This document shows, in pieces, positions 38,450 through 50,352 of a stretch of DNA of 64,000 nt. Origin of the DNA: Utricularia gibba (lineage: Eukaryota > Plantae > Magnoliophyta); NCBI GenBank assembly GCA_002189035.1, contig NEEC01000004.1:2976001-3040000 (forward strand), given 5' to 3'. The position numbers were made by a program, and so were the translations under genes. A model generated the notes under the pieces. The model was not told the origin of the DNA. It saw nothing but the letters and a program-made list of their open reading frames with translations, and did not search any database. Numbering within the stretch: position 1 is the stretch's first letter; every line of letters begins with the position of its first letter.

Positions 38450-38830
38450 AAAAAAATTATTAATAGTGAACTAGGAGGTCACAGTTTGTTAATTACATCA
38501 TTGAAACCAGTACTAAATCTATATAAGAAATCCACAAGTGAATAGTACACTTTCTTTAAATTGTGAATCTTTGAACTAATATGAGGTTGTGTGCATATAT
38601 TAGACCCCAACATAAGTTTAAAAAAGATTGGTGTTACTGCTTGGTGATAACTCTCTAAACCCATTTTCTACCTTCCACCCAATTTGTAAAATTTGTTTTA
38701 AGATAGCAATTAAATGCTTCTCTTCTTTCGATTTCCATTGACACTTTGATTTATTGCAATCATTGTCTTCATTTACATTATCATTGCTTTTATTCTTTTT
38801 TCTTCTATTGAATAAAATACAATACAAAAG
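38450..38830 (-). pseudogene. PIF/Harbinger-type Myb/SANT-like DNA-binding ORF remnant
   Basis: Two frames read QWKSKEEKHLIAILKQ...GWKVENGF and PHISSKIHNLKKVY, typical of Myb_DNA-bind_3-like Harbinger proteins. Confidence 0.6.
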
Positions 38831-40948
38831 AAAGATATAAGAAAAGTATAAACTTTTTACTATAAGCAGATTACAATTATTTACAAAAACAATACTTCTT
38901 ATGACAATGTCAATTAGTGACTGTCTTAATAAACATCATATGTCATTTATTTTAGTAAAGACATGATCCATTTGATGGTGATTCTGCAAGTGAACAGAAA
39001 CCATCAAAGTAATAAAATAAGATCATATCCATAGGGAATGGTTATTGGAATTTTCTTTTCAAAACAAAGAGTTAAAAAACCTGAAAACAAAAGAAAGATT
39101 TGGTTTTGAAGACAATAAGAAAAGTGACCTTGGATCTAAGATCCACCTTACTTGGAACTCGCCCTTGCGTGTGTGCAAACCTTGATAACTGACCTGCTTG
39201 CGCAAGCTTTGGGGGTGTTATACTAAAATAGTGCTACTCGATGACTGTTATAGCACCGTCCCTTGTTTTGTGGGATTATGGAATACACCACGCCATCAGA
39301 GCCATTTCACCTCTTGTGATAACCCATGTTTTCCCCACACCCAAATCTAACCCCTACACCTCTCACCTTGCAGACAGATTAGACAGAATGTGTCTTACCA
39401 ACGATGTACGATTGAGCCCTTCTCCTTAGGTGCTTGAGGCCAACCTTTAATTCTTCTACACTACCTTAGGGTTATATAATACTAAAGATCACGTTGGTAA
39501 AGAAAACGTTGCGAAAAACAAAATCAATCCTCAAATTAAATGTTGAAAAACATAGTAAGACAGTCACGTGCGCAGGACTTGCGCAAGCAAGGGTTTATAG
39601 CAAATCCTCAGCCGCAAGCACTCACACGCGCATGCTCGATTCTAAACAACAAAAGTTGATGAAAAATAAAATGAAGGAAATCCAAAACATGCTAGACTCG
39701 ACTCTAAACCCTAGATTGATTCTCTGATCGTCCACACTGACTCTTGTTTTAGGTCTTCACGTTTGGATCTTATATAATGGTGGGACTTGTCGGGCTTTCT
39801 TGATGGGCTCACATCAAATTTTCTATCCGAATCTTCTAAAATTTGATACAAATCTTCTAGGATGATATCCAAGTTTTCTAAGATAAGATGCGAATCTTAA
39901 CTTATCCAAGAATCTTTGACCGAGTCTTCATCCGGATAAACCAATTTTTAGCCTCCATCAAAGCAGCTCGAAAATCCTCCAAATTATTCCAAATTTATCC
40001 TGAAAAATCATAAAACATACTTTCATTCTAAAAAGATCCAAGTAGTATGAAAGATATAAAATTCTTCTAAAATCATAAGGAAAGTGGGATAAAAAGAATG
40101 ACAAACCCATCTAAATGAGTTTTAAAAAGCACAATATAAGTGACACAAAATCAATTATGACCATTATTTCAATAAATAATAACATATTAATTATAATAAA
40201 AATTTCTCCTAAAAGCTTGCAAATAATCAACTATAAGCAATGTGAGAACAATAATAATTGAATGATAGATTGGAGGTGGGTGTCCTCGAGCCACCAGCAA
40301 CAAACAAAAAGTATAGATTTTTGATGGGTTTAAAAAAACTGGATTTTATACATAATATATTTAATCATCAAAAACATTTATGTAACTTCATACATAAATG
40401 AGATAAATACACTTATATAAATCAATTCATCTAAAGAATTTAATGGATAATCCACTTTTAAACTCTGCAGAACAATTTTTCTTGGCACACAATTCACAAG
40501 CCTCAAGGGGAAGTGGATTACCACAGGACCTTCATGCATACCTTGTACAACAAAATGTCAACAATTGGAGCTCGTGAAAGGCTGACTGACGTTTGAATGC
40601 AAGAATGCCCAAATTCCTATATTGCAACTAGTATCTCTCGCTGAACCCGGCATGCAGCTTGCAATTCCTATATCTCAATCAAATCCCTTCCGCTCACGAC
40701 AAGATTTTGCAGGAATGAAAACTCTTCTCCTCTTTGCTGACCATAGGACTTCAAGAATAGACCGAAGCTCATTTTCCAACAATTCGGAGGTAGAAAAATA
40801 GAGAAGTTTTGCATCTTCTTTTCTAAAATTTCCAGCCCATCTCTTGCAATATATTGATTCACCGAATTATACGTGACTTGTGTTTTCTCGTAGTGATAGT
40901 TGAATCATAGCCCTCCAATCTGAGGATGTCACAGAATGGCAACACACT

Positions 40949-42912
40949 TCAAAATTCAGAAGCGATCATAATCTTCTCTGGTTCTATACAAAGGTGAGGA
41001 ATGCATTGGACATCCTTGAGCACATCGGATAGGTTTTTAAGCACTAGAAGAATTTGTTGGAGCTGTCTGTGTGTATTGTGCACCATAAAGAACATATGAG
41101 CTTCCTTCTGCACCTCTATCATGCTATAGCCCGGCTCTTTTCTAATACCAGATCCTTTCATTACTCGCCGGATCTCCATGACATTTTTCCATAGACCAAA
41201 AGTAGCATAAGCATTGGATAGGACTACATACTTACCAGTGTTCTGAGGTTCTAATTCAAAGAATTTCTTTGCAGAAACCTTCAAAATTTCCATATTTCCA
41301 TATAATTTACATGCACTGAGTAACGCACCCCATACTGCTGGGTGCCCCTTAAAAGGTGATGTACAAACGAATGAATAGGCTTCTTCTATTTTGCCAGCAC
41401 GACCCAAGAGATCAACCATCACAGCATAATGTTTTCCTCTTGGATACACACCATAATCTCTCATTGATGAGAAATATTTCTTTCCTTCCTCCACTAAGCC
41501 AACATGGTTACATGCAGAAAGTAGTGCAAGATACGTGATTTGGTTTGGTTTTAAACCTTCATTTAGCATCTGTTGAAAAAAATCCATGACTTCAAATACT
41601 CGTCCATGGAGTCCATATCCATACATCAAAGAAGACCATGTTACAACGTTCCTGTTTAGAGATTTACTGAACACCCCAAATGCATCAGAAGGGCTACTGC
41701 ATTTGAAATACATATCCATCAGTGCACTATTTACTACAACATTACCATTAATTTGACTCTTGACCAATATGCCATGAGCTTGTTTTCCTTGTTCAAGAAT
41801 GGCGAGGGAAGAGCAGGCTCTGAATACAGACGCAAATGTATACTGGTCTGGCATCAAACCAAATTGTCGCATTCTGTGATAGAGACTCAAGCCCACGTCC
41901 TCCAATCCCTTTTGAACGTATCCAGCAATTATTGCATTCCATGAAACCATGGTTCTGATTTCTAAGATATCAAAAATAAGGTGAGCAGTATCTAAATCAC
42001 CACTTTTTGCATAAAGAATCAAAAGCTTAATCTTCAGATACTCAGTTGGAACGAAACCAACAACCACCATGTGCCAATGAATTCTTCTACCTTTCTTATA
42101 CTGTTTCCGGAAAATACATTCTTGCAAAATGAGAGAATATGTTTCATGATGTGCTTGTATTTCTGTGCAGCACAATATTCCCACTGCTTCTTTAAGTCTT
42201 CCAGAATAGCAAAGGTCCCTTAGTATTGTATCTAAGTGCCATGTGTTCCTCAGTGGGTTAACCAGTGATCTGCAAACATTTTAAAGTCTCTTCTTAAACA
42301 ACGACATCCATTCCTATTAGCCTTCCACCCAATGAAAACAGTCACAGGTATAAATCTAAAAAACAACGGATTTCAAATCCTCCCCATCTTATGCACCAAT
42401 AAATGATAACTGATGTACATGAATGATATGAGTTTTATTCCTACTTACTACGAAAGCAACTCACATTCAGCATTCAATCTAGCCCAGATAAAGGACCAAA
42501 ACGAATACGAGAGTAACTAAACCATAAATTCCATTATACATGACCAATGAACTAGTCAAATCACGAATCAAGACAAAAAAAAGTGATTGAATTCAGATGA
42601 ATAAACTTCTAACCTGAAGTTATTGTTCTCAGTTTTCGTTCTTTTCACCATGGTGGAAGTTTTACCAGCAAACATGGGTCCCAAGATAATGGGATTCTCA
42701 CCCGAGGCCCAACCACTGACACAAAAGCTTCGTGTTTTATTATACATAGTAGGTACATGGTACACGAAATTGTCTCCGACTTCAATTCTACAGCTGGGTT
42801 TTAAAGAGTTGGCAAAGTAGGCAAGAGGGGAGTACTGTAAGCAGCAGCACAGGTGACCAAAGCCACGGAAGAGGAATGATACCTTCCTATAAGATGCTAT
42901 CTGATACTTCAT
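40949..42912 (-). CDS. PLS-class E/E+ pentatricopeptide repeat protein (At4g16470-like), no DYW; predicted coding exons 42912-42614 and 42269-40949, 539 aa
   Basis: PPR motifs VSWNAIIAGYVQ, PDQYTFASVFRAC, VTWSSLMYGYG, HYAVMVDLLGRAG, VWGALLSAC and the E-domain KEPGYSMIE. The frame stays open upstream of 42184 to an acceptor TTTGCAG at 42270. A GT donor at 42613 gives an in-frame phase-2 join. The orthology call rests on my recollection of At4g16470. Confidence 0.85.
42614..42912 (-). CDS. First coding exon: transit-peptide-like sequence plus thymidine kinase N-terminus (P-loop)
   Basis: SGENPIILGPMFAGKTSTMVKRTKTENNNFR resembles the plant TK1 N-terminus (SGE(I/V)HVI(V/M)GPMF(A/S)GKT..L.R). An acceptor TTTTACAG lies 14 nt before the ATG. 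Confidence 0.7.
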
Positions 42913-44416
42913 ATTGATGGAAGGTTCTGTAAAATTATTATTTTTTCATTTGATAATAAAAAGAATTTCAATAGCTATAGAACCAAGCTTTGTAGCAGAC
43001 AAGGGTTGGTGGTGTTCTCACAACGCCAACTACACAAACATCTAATCAAAGAACCATTTTTTGCAATCAAATGAAACAACAAAACAAATTTAGAAAACGA
43101 GAAATCGCAACGCGTTCAAATCAAACCAAGATTTGATATTTCCTGATGGAAACAAAAAGCCTAGAGAACTGCATTTTGCATGTGGAAAGAATAATCACCT
43201 CTTGCTTCAATAGAATCCGCACCGAAAGACATCGTGAGCTGCAGAAGTTCAAACCTGTAAAACACTAGTAAAAACCAGAAGACGCCGAAGCAAAAAAATA
43301 AAAGAAACGCACATACCCTCACACAAGCCGAATAAGATTGCAGGAAATCAGCATAAAATTCAAGTAAACCTGAAAATTACTACCGCCAAATTCGAAATCA
43401 CCATGAGATTTCATCCATGAGTAGAGTCCGCGGTCCCGTGCGTCCGAGTATTGGAGTGGGACAACCGACACCGACTACCTTAGAGCATCGCCAGATACCA
43501 ACCATCCCAGAGTGGAACCGAGTGCCACTTCAGAGAACGAAAGGATGTGAAAAAGTGAAGGGAGACATCGAAATGACTAAACTACCCCTATTACCTTCTT
43601 TCTTCGTCTTTTCTTTCCTTATTTATTTTAGGAATTCAACAGTGTAATTGAGTCATGTGACGGCTCCTCAGGTCAGTGGGGCATGCTATATTGAATAGAT
43701 CGTCAGTCTTTCTCAATACTCAAACTAAGGAAGGTTAGCAAAATTTTATTGTATTAGTTTTGTGACTTGAGTACATGTGTATGCATCACATGTTTGAATC
43801 ACGTCTTCAACCTGCGATTAGACTATGTTTAATCAAAACTGTAAAGAAATACAGATTGGATGAGAGTCTGTTCAAGGAAGAGATGACATAGAGGAAGGAA
43901 AGGACGACACATAGGATTTGGGAGAGTTTCTATGAACTCCAATCATTCAACTTTTTCTCTCACTCATATTATTTTTTGTTTTGTGCAATTTAAATAATAC
44001 GCATTCATGAATGAGCAGCGTGCATGGGCCAAGTGTTAATAGCCACACCTTGTACTTCTTCCACATCACTTGAACTTTCCATCACACCCCCTACAAACTG
44101 GGCAACATTGTGAGCCATGAGACTCAGTTTGTCTTGAAGAAATGTAAATGCTTGCGTCCCTAAGTCTTTTGTAAATATATCTTCCAATTGAGAGCTTGTG
44201 GAAACATGCATAGGGCCAATAAACCCTACAAGGTAGTGTTGTCGAACTACATGGAAATTGACGTCAAGGTGCTTGTTGCGCTCCCTGAAGATGGAATTCT
44301 GGGTGATATGGAGTGCAGATCGACTGTCAGTCCAAAAAGGGATAGGGAGCGTGGTCAACTGCTGCAGATCACGTAGGACATAAGACACACATAGAAGTTC
44401 CAAAGTTGTGGCCCCC

Positions 44417-45714
44417 TGATGCATTTCTTTTCCACAACAAATTTTAATACTTTTAAAACTCATAAAACACAAAAGCGTAGTACGGGTGTCGAACACAGGG
44501 AGTTGTTTTTGAGTGAAAGGTGAGGTACCCCGAATACAACTGTCACGATTTGTAAACGGTTTTGAAGGTAAAAGGTGCGAGAAACGTTGGTGATGAAGCT
44601 TGAGTAAGGGAATGAGAGGGGTTTTGAGCAAACAACTAAAATGAACGTAAGCGATAAACCTTAAATAAAGTAAATGTTCATGGATTTGGAATCCTATCCA
44701 GCTATGTTCATTGCATCTTCACTCTTCTCTGGTCTTCTCGAGTACTCGGTTATAGGAGTAAGGAATTGCCTACCCTCCCTTACACTCTCTTGCAAGAAGG
44801 CACGGGAATAGCCCGATGTTGCTCCTCCTTTGACAAACGTGAAAATAAGAGGTCCTGCCAGCATACCCTCACGGCCAAATTGCGCGCGTGTGCCTGAGTG
44901 TTGCCAATGACCCAATGAGTGCAGATACGAGGTCACTACCTGTCCATTGATCCTGAGGTACGGCCATAGACAAAGCGTAGTCTTCCTTCTGCCAAAAGGG
45001 CGTGAGTTGGTACTTTCCACCTTGCTCCTCTCCAAAACTCGCAGGAAGTGTAGTTTAGGGTAATTATCCTAAATCTTATCTATTAATTTTATTAGTTTTA
45101 ATTGAGTTTTTCTAGAGGCGCACACGTGGCAGGAAGTGAGAGAAAGAGGGCATCAGATGGCGACAAATTGGATCTTTCCGAGCTGACATTCCCTTGATTT
45201 CTGGAAGACTGTAGACGCCTAATCATGAGCCTTGACGTGTGGAACACGGGAGTCTCTGACAGGCGACATTATTAGCGTACCAGTGTCAGACGTTGCTTGC
45301 AAGTCATCCCAAGTTCAGCAGAATCACAGGAACACGAAATCTCAGACTCTCATTGAAGTTCCATTCTGTTCAGATGTAGTTAGTTTTAGTTTTAGTTTTC
45401 TCTTTTGTTTTTCTCTCTCTAGAACCTTGTTTGCGTTTTCCTTAGTTTGTATGGCCGTTCGCGGCTAGAAACTTCCGTTTTTGGGTTGGAACACCACCAG
45501 ATCTATGTATCGTTAGCTTATCTTCATATTTTCTCTGAATCCGAACAAGTTTTGTATGTCTTCGCGCGACTATGTTGCAGTCTTTCTGTAACAGTCCCCT
45601 AAACCCTAAACCCTAAACCCTGAACCCTAAACCCTAAACCCTGAACCCTGACACTTCTAATCACATTTAGACACAAAAGAAACCTAAGAAATAGTAAGAA
45701 AATGACACTTAACA
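44417..45714 (-). mobile_element. Athila-like solo LTR with an internal inversion (45051-45596) and a telomere tract
   Basis: It interrupts Ale RNase H codons EYQAIG/ATT, with TSD CCCCC/CCCCT. 45651-45714 is the reverse complement of the LTR start at 54573, while 45051-45596 matches the same LTR in the forward direction. Confidence 0.8.
45597..45650. repeat. Interstitial plant telomere repeat (CCCTAAA/CCCTGAA), 7 units plus a partial unit
   Basis: CCCTAAA x3, CCCTGAA, CCCTAAA x2, CCCTGAA, CCCTG. Confidence 0.95.
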
Positions 45715-48700
45715 CCCCTATGGCTTGATATTCAGCCTCTGCATATGATCGAGCTACGATGATCTGTTTCTTTGCCTTCCAACATATTAAGTTTGGTCCT
45801 AAGAAGATACAAAACCTAGTCACCGACCGTCGAGTGTCGGGACACGTACCCCAATCAGCATCACAGAAGGCTTCCGATTGTAACGCCCCACCCCCAGCAT
45901 AAAACAAACCATGGGCTTCCGTCTGTTTGAGATACTGTAGTAAGCAATTCACGGCTGCCCAATGTGTGAGAGTCGGGTGATGTAAGAATTGAGTGAGTTG
46001 TTGGACGGAAAACGTAATATCAGGTCATGTGAACCCCAAATACAATAATGGCCCAAGTACTCTACGATAAGCATCCTTATTATGTATCGGGTTGTCAACA
46101 TAAGATGATAATTGCACCCCTTTGGCCATGGGTGTGGCTGCTAGCTCGCATAAGTTCCTACCAAAGTCTTGTAGCAAGTTGCCGATATATTTCTGCTGTA
46201 ACAACAATATGTTGCCATCGGATCGAATGATTTCTATGCCAAGGAAAAAACATGTTGGTCCAAGATACTTTATAGTGAACTGATCATGTAAAGTCTTCTT
46301 AATAACACGGATCTCTGCCAAGGTGTTACTAGAAATCAGGATGTCGTCTACGTAGACCACCAAAGTTGTCACTTGATCCAAATTCTTCTTTACAAATAAG
46401 CACAAGTCAACTGCAGACTGTGTATAACCGATTGAGAGCAAGGTTTGAGTGAGTGCCAAATTCCAACAACATGCCACTTGTTTGAGTTCATAAATGGACT
46501 TCAACAATCGGCACACCTGTCCTTCCTTGGTAGCAGTATAACCATCCGGGAGATACATAAATGTTGATGTCAACGTGATGGATGCGGAAATTCAAAGTTG
46601 CAGCTAATGCCAATACCAACCGAATGGTGGTAATTTTGGCAACTGAGGCGTAGCATTCTTGGTAGTCAACCCCTTCTATTTGGGCATAGCCCTTGGCGAC
46701 TAACCGTGCTTTTCATTGTAAGAATTCCCTTGCAGCACCATACTTGTTACAGTATATACATTTTGAGGCAATAGCTTGCTTTCCAGGTGGTAAGTCAACT
46801 AGAATCCAGGTTTGGTTCTTCTCCATTGCCAACAATTTGTCTGCCCTAGGAGACTCCCACTCAGGCACCCCCTTCGCCTCTTGATAGGCGTCGGTATAGG
46901 CGCATGGACATGGGCTACGACATCATGTATGTGATCAAGGTGGTCAATGGATGATTGAGGGAGAGGTGGTAATGCCTGAAGGTTGCAAATGTAGTCATTA
47001 AGGTAGGATGGAGGATGAGTGGCATGGCACGACCACTCGTCCAAAGGATAGGATAGGAATCAAGGGTGTGAGGAGAATTGGAAGGAAGCGAGAGTAGCAA
47101 AGATGGTGGTGTAGGAGGATTTGTGAAACTAGGAAGGGTAGCATCCAAAATGAGATTAGGTGAATTAGGAGTTGGATCAGGACTATACGCCTCCTCCAAG
47201 GATTCATCAAAATGAGGCACGAGAGTGCCAGAAGTGGAAAAATCAGGAAGAGGAACCAAAAGGGGCCATCATGTGTGGAAAGAGAAGCTTGAGCCTTAAA
47301 AGGAAAGTAGAACTCATAAAAACAAACATGACCAGAGACAAACACAGTTTTGGTTTCCAAATCAAATAACTTATACCCCTTTTGGCCTACAAGGTACCCA
47401 ATGAAGACACATTTGCGAGCATGTGGAGCAAGCTTATCCCCCACAGTGTTAGAATTAGACGCATAAGCAAGGCAATCAAAAACACGCAATTGGTCGAAGG
47501 ATTGTCTCTGCACTCCAAGAACATCTAGTGGACTTTTCCCCCCAAGTATTGGAGTAGCCAATTGGTTGATAAGATAGGTAGTAGTAAGCAGAGTTTCGCC
47601 CCAAAAGGATTTGGGGAGACTGAATTGAAAGAGGAGGGCACGAGTTACCTCTAAGAGATATTTGTGTTTATGCTCAACCCGAGCGTTTTGCTCCAGTGTA
47701 TACGGACAAGATGATTGTTGGGTAATGCCCAACTCCACAACGAGGTCAAGTCAACATTACGAAACTCCTGACCATTGTCGGTGCGAAGGATTAACATTGG
47801 GCAAGAAAATGTTTTTTCGACTTTAGAGATAAAGGCTTGAAACAAGGAATAAAGATTTTGCTTACTAGGAAGTAAAAAAGTTCATGTAGAGCATGAATAA
47901 TCATCCATGATGGTGAGAAAGTAGGTAGTTCCTGTGATAGTTGGGGTTTTATACGGTCCTCATTGGTCACAATGCAATGATGCTAAAGGTTTTGATGCTC
48001 GAGATGAACTAGGAGAAAAGGGCAATTTATGAAATTTAGCATAATGGCAAATATCGCAAGAGGCAGAATTTAAAGAACAAGGAATGGGCAAATACTTAGC
48101 CTTAGAATCAGAAATGTGCCCTAATCGACAGTGCCATAATAAGTTTGAGTCAACATCACTGACAAACCTGCTGAATAAAACAGTGTTTTGGAATAAAATG
48201 CTAGCAGATTCAAAGCAGAAGTCCTGGAGTTCCTTAGCCAATGCGCCTGTCATGGCAGCTTGGTAAAGGGTCAAGATACTTGACAAAAAAGATTTCCTTT
48301 CCAATACATATAGGTTCCTACGAGTTCTTTCAACCCCTAGTACTTGCTTAGAGGGCCAATCCTGTAAAATACAGCATGAGCTGGTAAAAACAGCACACAA
48401 AGTGTGGGAAAGGCAAAGCTTGTGGAAAGAAATAAGGTTGCATTTAAATTGTGGAACAAAAAACACATTGTGAATGATGAGTGAGGGATGAATACAGACT
48501 GTTCCACAATGTGTTACAGGTTGTATGGAGCCATCAGGTAGGGATAATAGTACCGGGCTAGGTAAAAGTTTGAGGTCAAGGAAAAAATCATGATCACAAC
48601 ATACATGAGATGTAGCACAAGTGTCAATGATCCATGATTGATGACGTAAAGATGGAGGAGGTAAGGTACCTAAAAAATCACCAAAGTCGGCCAGGTGAAC

Positions 48701-49744
48701 TTGCTCAGTAGAGGCGTTGAGATTCAGAAATTTTCTCAGCTCATTAGATACCATTAGTTGCAAAGAAGATTCCCTTGCTACGGAGTCCTTGAGCAAGAAT
48801 CCCTCATATCCCTATATGCCATCTCCCACAACAGCAATGAGCTCAATATGGGGTGGTATGGTTTTCCTCAACTCAAACCACCATAGTGGTCGTTTATTTG
48901 TCCCGACGTAGCATTCAGAGAGGTCATGCCCTTTCCGATTACATTTGGAACAAAATTGACTATTAGCATCGTTCCTCTTGTAGCCATCATCCTTCATCTT
49001 CTGTTTAGACTAATAACTCCCCAACTCCTTGAAGGTGAGGGTTGTTTCAAATTCCATATGCTTAGTGTGTCGAGATTCATCAACCTATAATAACAAAGAG
49101 TAAGCCTTGTCCAAACTTGCCACAAGCTCCATGGTTAGAATTTGGTTCTTTGTAACTTGATATATATCATTGAGACCATGAAGGAAATGACCCAGGTGCA
49201 TATCATGCTTCATATTCATGCACCGTTTGCAATTAGCACAAGAAGCACATGAATAATACAAAGCATCTGCCGCATTAAATAGGGATCTGACAAGAGTGAA
49301 GTATTCAGGGAGAGTTTTGGAACCTTGAGTAAAATGGGATAAATCTCGCAGCATATCGCACATAATTGAGAGATTCGTCTTCCCATAATGTTTGTCCAAT
49401 GCCTCCCAGATGTCTTTGGCTGTGCCAAAGCTCTTGAAAGCAGTGACGAGTTCGCGCGAAATGGAGTTATGAAGCCAAGACCTTGCTTCACTGAGCCGTC
49501 AATTAAGGCAAGCTTATTCTTTACAGCGAGTGCTAGTTGAACTCCTTTCTTCCAATCAGAACAATTTCTGGGAGTGAGGAGTTCTGGCACTAGGGCCATG
49601 CTGGGATTATCAAGAACTGAGATCTGAAGAGGGTCATTTGATTGCATATCTGTAGTCTTCTCCTTACCCACGCAGTTCATGAGGGTGAGAAGTCATTTGA
49701 GGTCTTATTCTTTGATTTATGTCGACTCAGCCATCTTGTTCATC

Positions 49745-49762
49745 TCCACGCTCACTGCACCA
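49745..49762 (-). other. Primer-binding site complementary to the tRNA-Phe 3' end
   Basis: TCCACGCTCACTGCACCA matches the plant tRNA-Phe(GAA) 3' end UCCACGCUCACCGCACCA (recalled) at 17 of 18 positions and abuts the LTR terminus at 49763. Confidence 0.8.
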
Positions 49763-50352
49763 TGTAAAGAAACACAAATTCGATGAGAGTCTGTTCAAGG
49801 AAGAGACGACATCGAGGAAGGAAAGGACGATGCATAGGATTTGGGGGAGTTTCTATGAACTCCAATCATTCAACTCTTTTTCTCACTCACATTTTAATAA
49901 AGATTTGCGGTGAATACTTTCTTATGTAAGTAGAATCAATTAGCATATTATCTCTCATTTTAATAGAAATTCTCAGAATACTTTACTTTTGAACTACATT
50001 ATAAAATATAGGTAGTTTATAATTTTATTAGTTATCATACTTTTTATATTGTTTTTTAATTCTCAAAAAAACAACATAATTTACAAATTTTCAGATAAAT
50101 TAATAAACGAATTCAATTAATATTTGTAAAATCCATAGAACATTCATAAATATAATATGTTTGTATTTATTTCAAATATAATAAAAATTTTAAATATTTG
50201 AATTTTAATAAATATAGGAATACACATTCAGTATCTATGAGAAAATTAGTAAAATACACGATTTAAAAAAATGATTGGCAAAATACCCATGATTTTTAAA
50301 GGCTTTGTAAAATACATATACGGTTTGATTGTCATAACTTGGGTGAGTTGGC

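Larger units (their letters stand above)
43840..49893 (-). mobile_element. Ale-like Ty1/copia element, degenerate, with truncated 5' LTR and a nested solo LTR
   Basis: 3' LTR 43840-44086, PPT 44087-44095 and a matching partial 5' LTR 49763-49893. Gag NDPLQISVLDNPSMALV...KNKLALIDG is Ale-type. Also protease WIIDTCAT, integrase QNARVEHKH, RT VVYVDDILI and RNase H FCDADW. Confidence 0.85.

Noticed and set aside
39100-40100. Possible LTR or leader remnant with repeated CTTGCGCAAG palindromes
   Set aside because: No termini, TSD, PBS or coding homology could be fixed by eye.
40949-42184. The PPR as a single-exon 411-aa ORF as given in the ORF track
   Set aside because: That start is a GTG. The frame is open upstream to a splice acceptor and would otherwise lack a transit peptide.
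42568-42912. A stand-alone thymidine kinase gene
   Set aside because: Only the P-loop segment is present. I saw no later TK motifs downstream, and the donor splices in frame to the PPR.
44694-45035. 113-aa ORF, and similar short ORFs in LTRs or antisense to pol (e.g. 12180-12515, 18246-19300, 25463-25935)
   Set aside because: They lie inside LTRs or opposite known coding frames and have no recognisable domains.
45597-45650. A true chromosome end, or a CRISPR or satellite array
   Set aside because: Only 54 bp, flanked on both sides by LTR sequence, with no spacers. No CRISPR, rRNA or tRNA genes were seen in the window.
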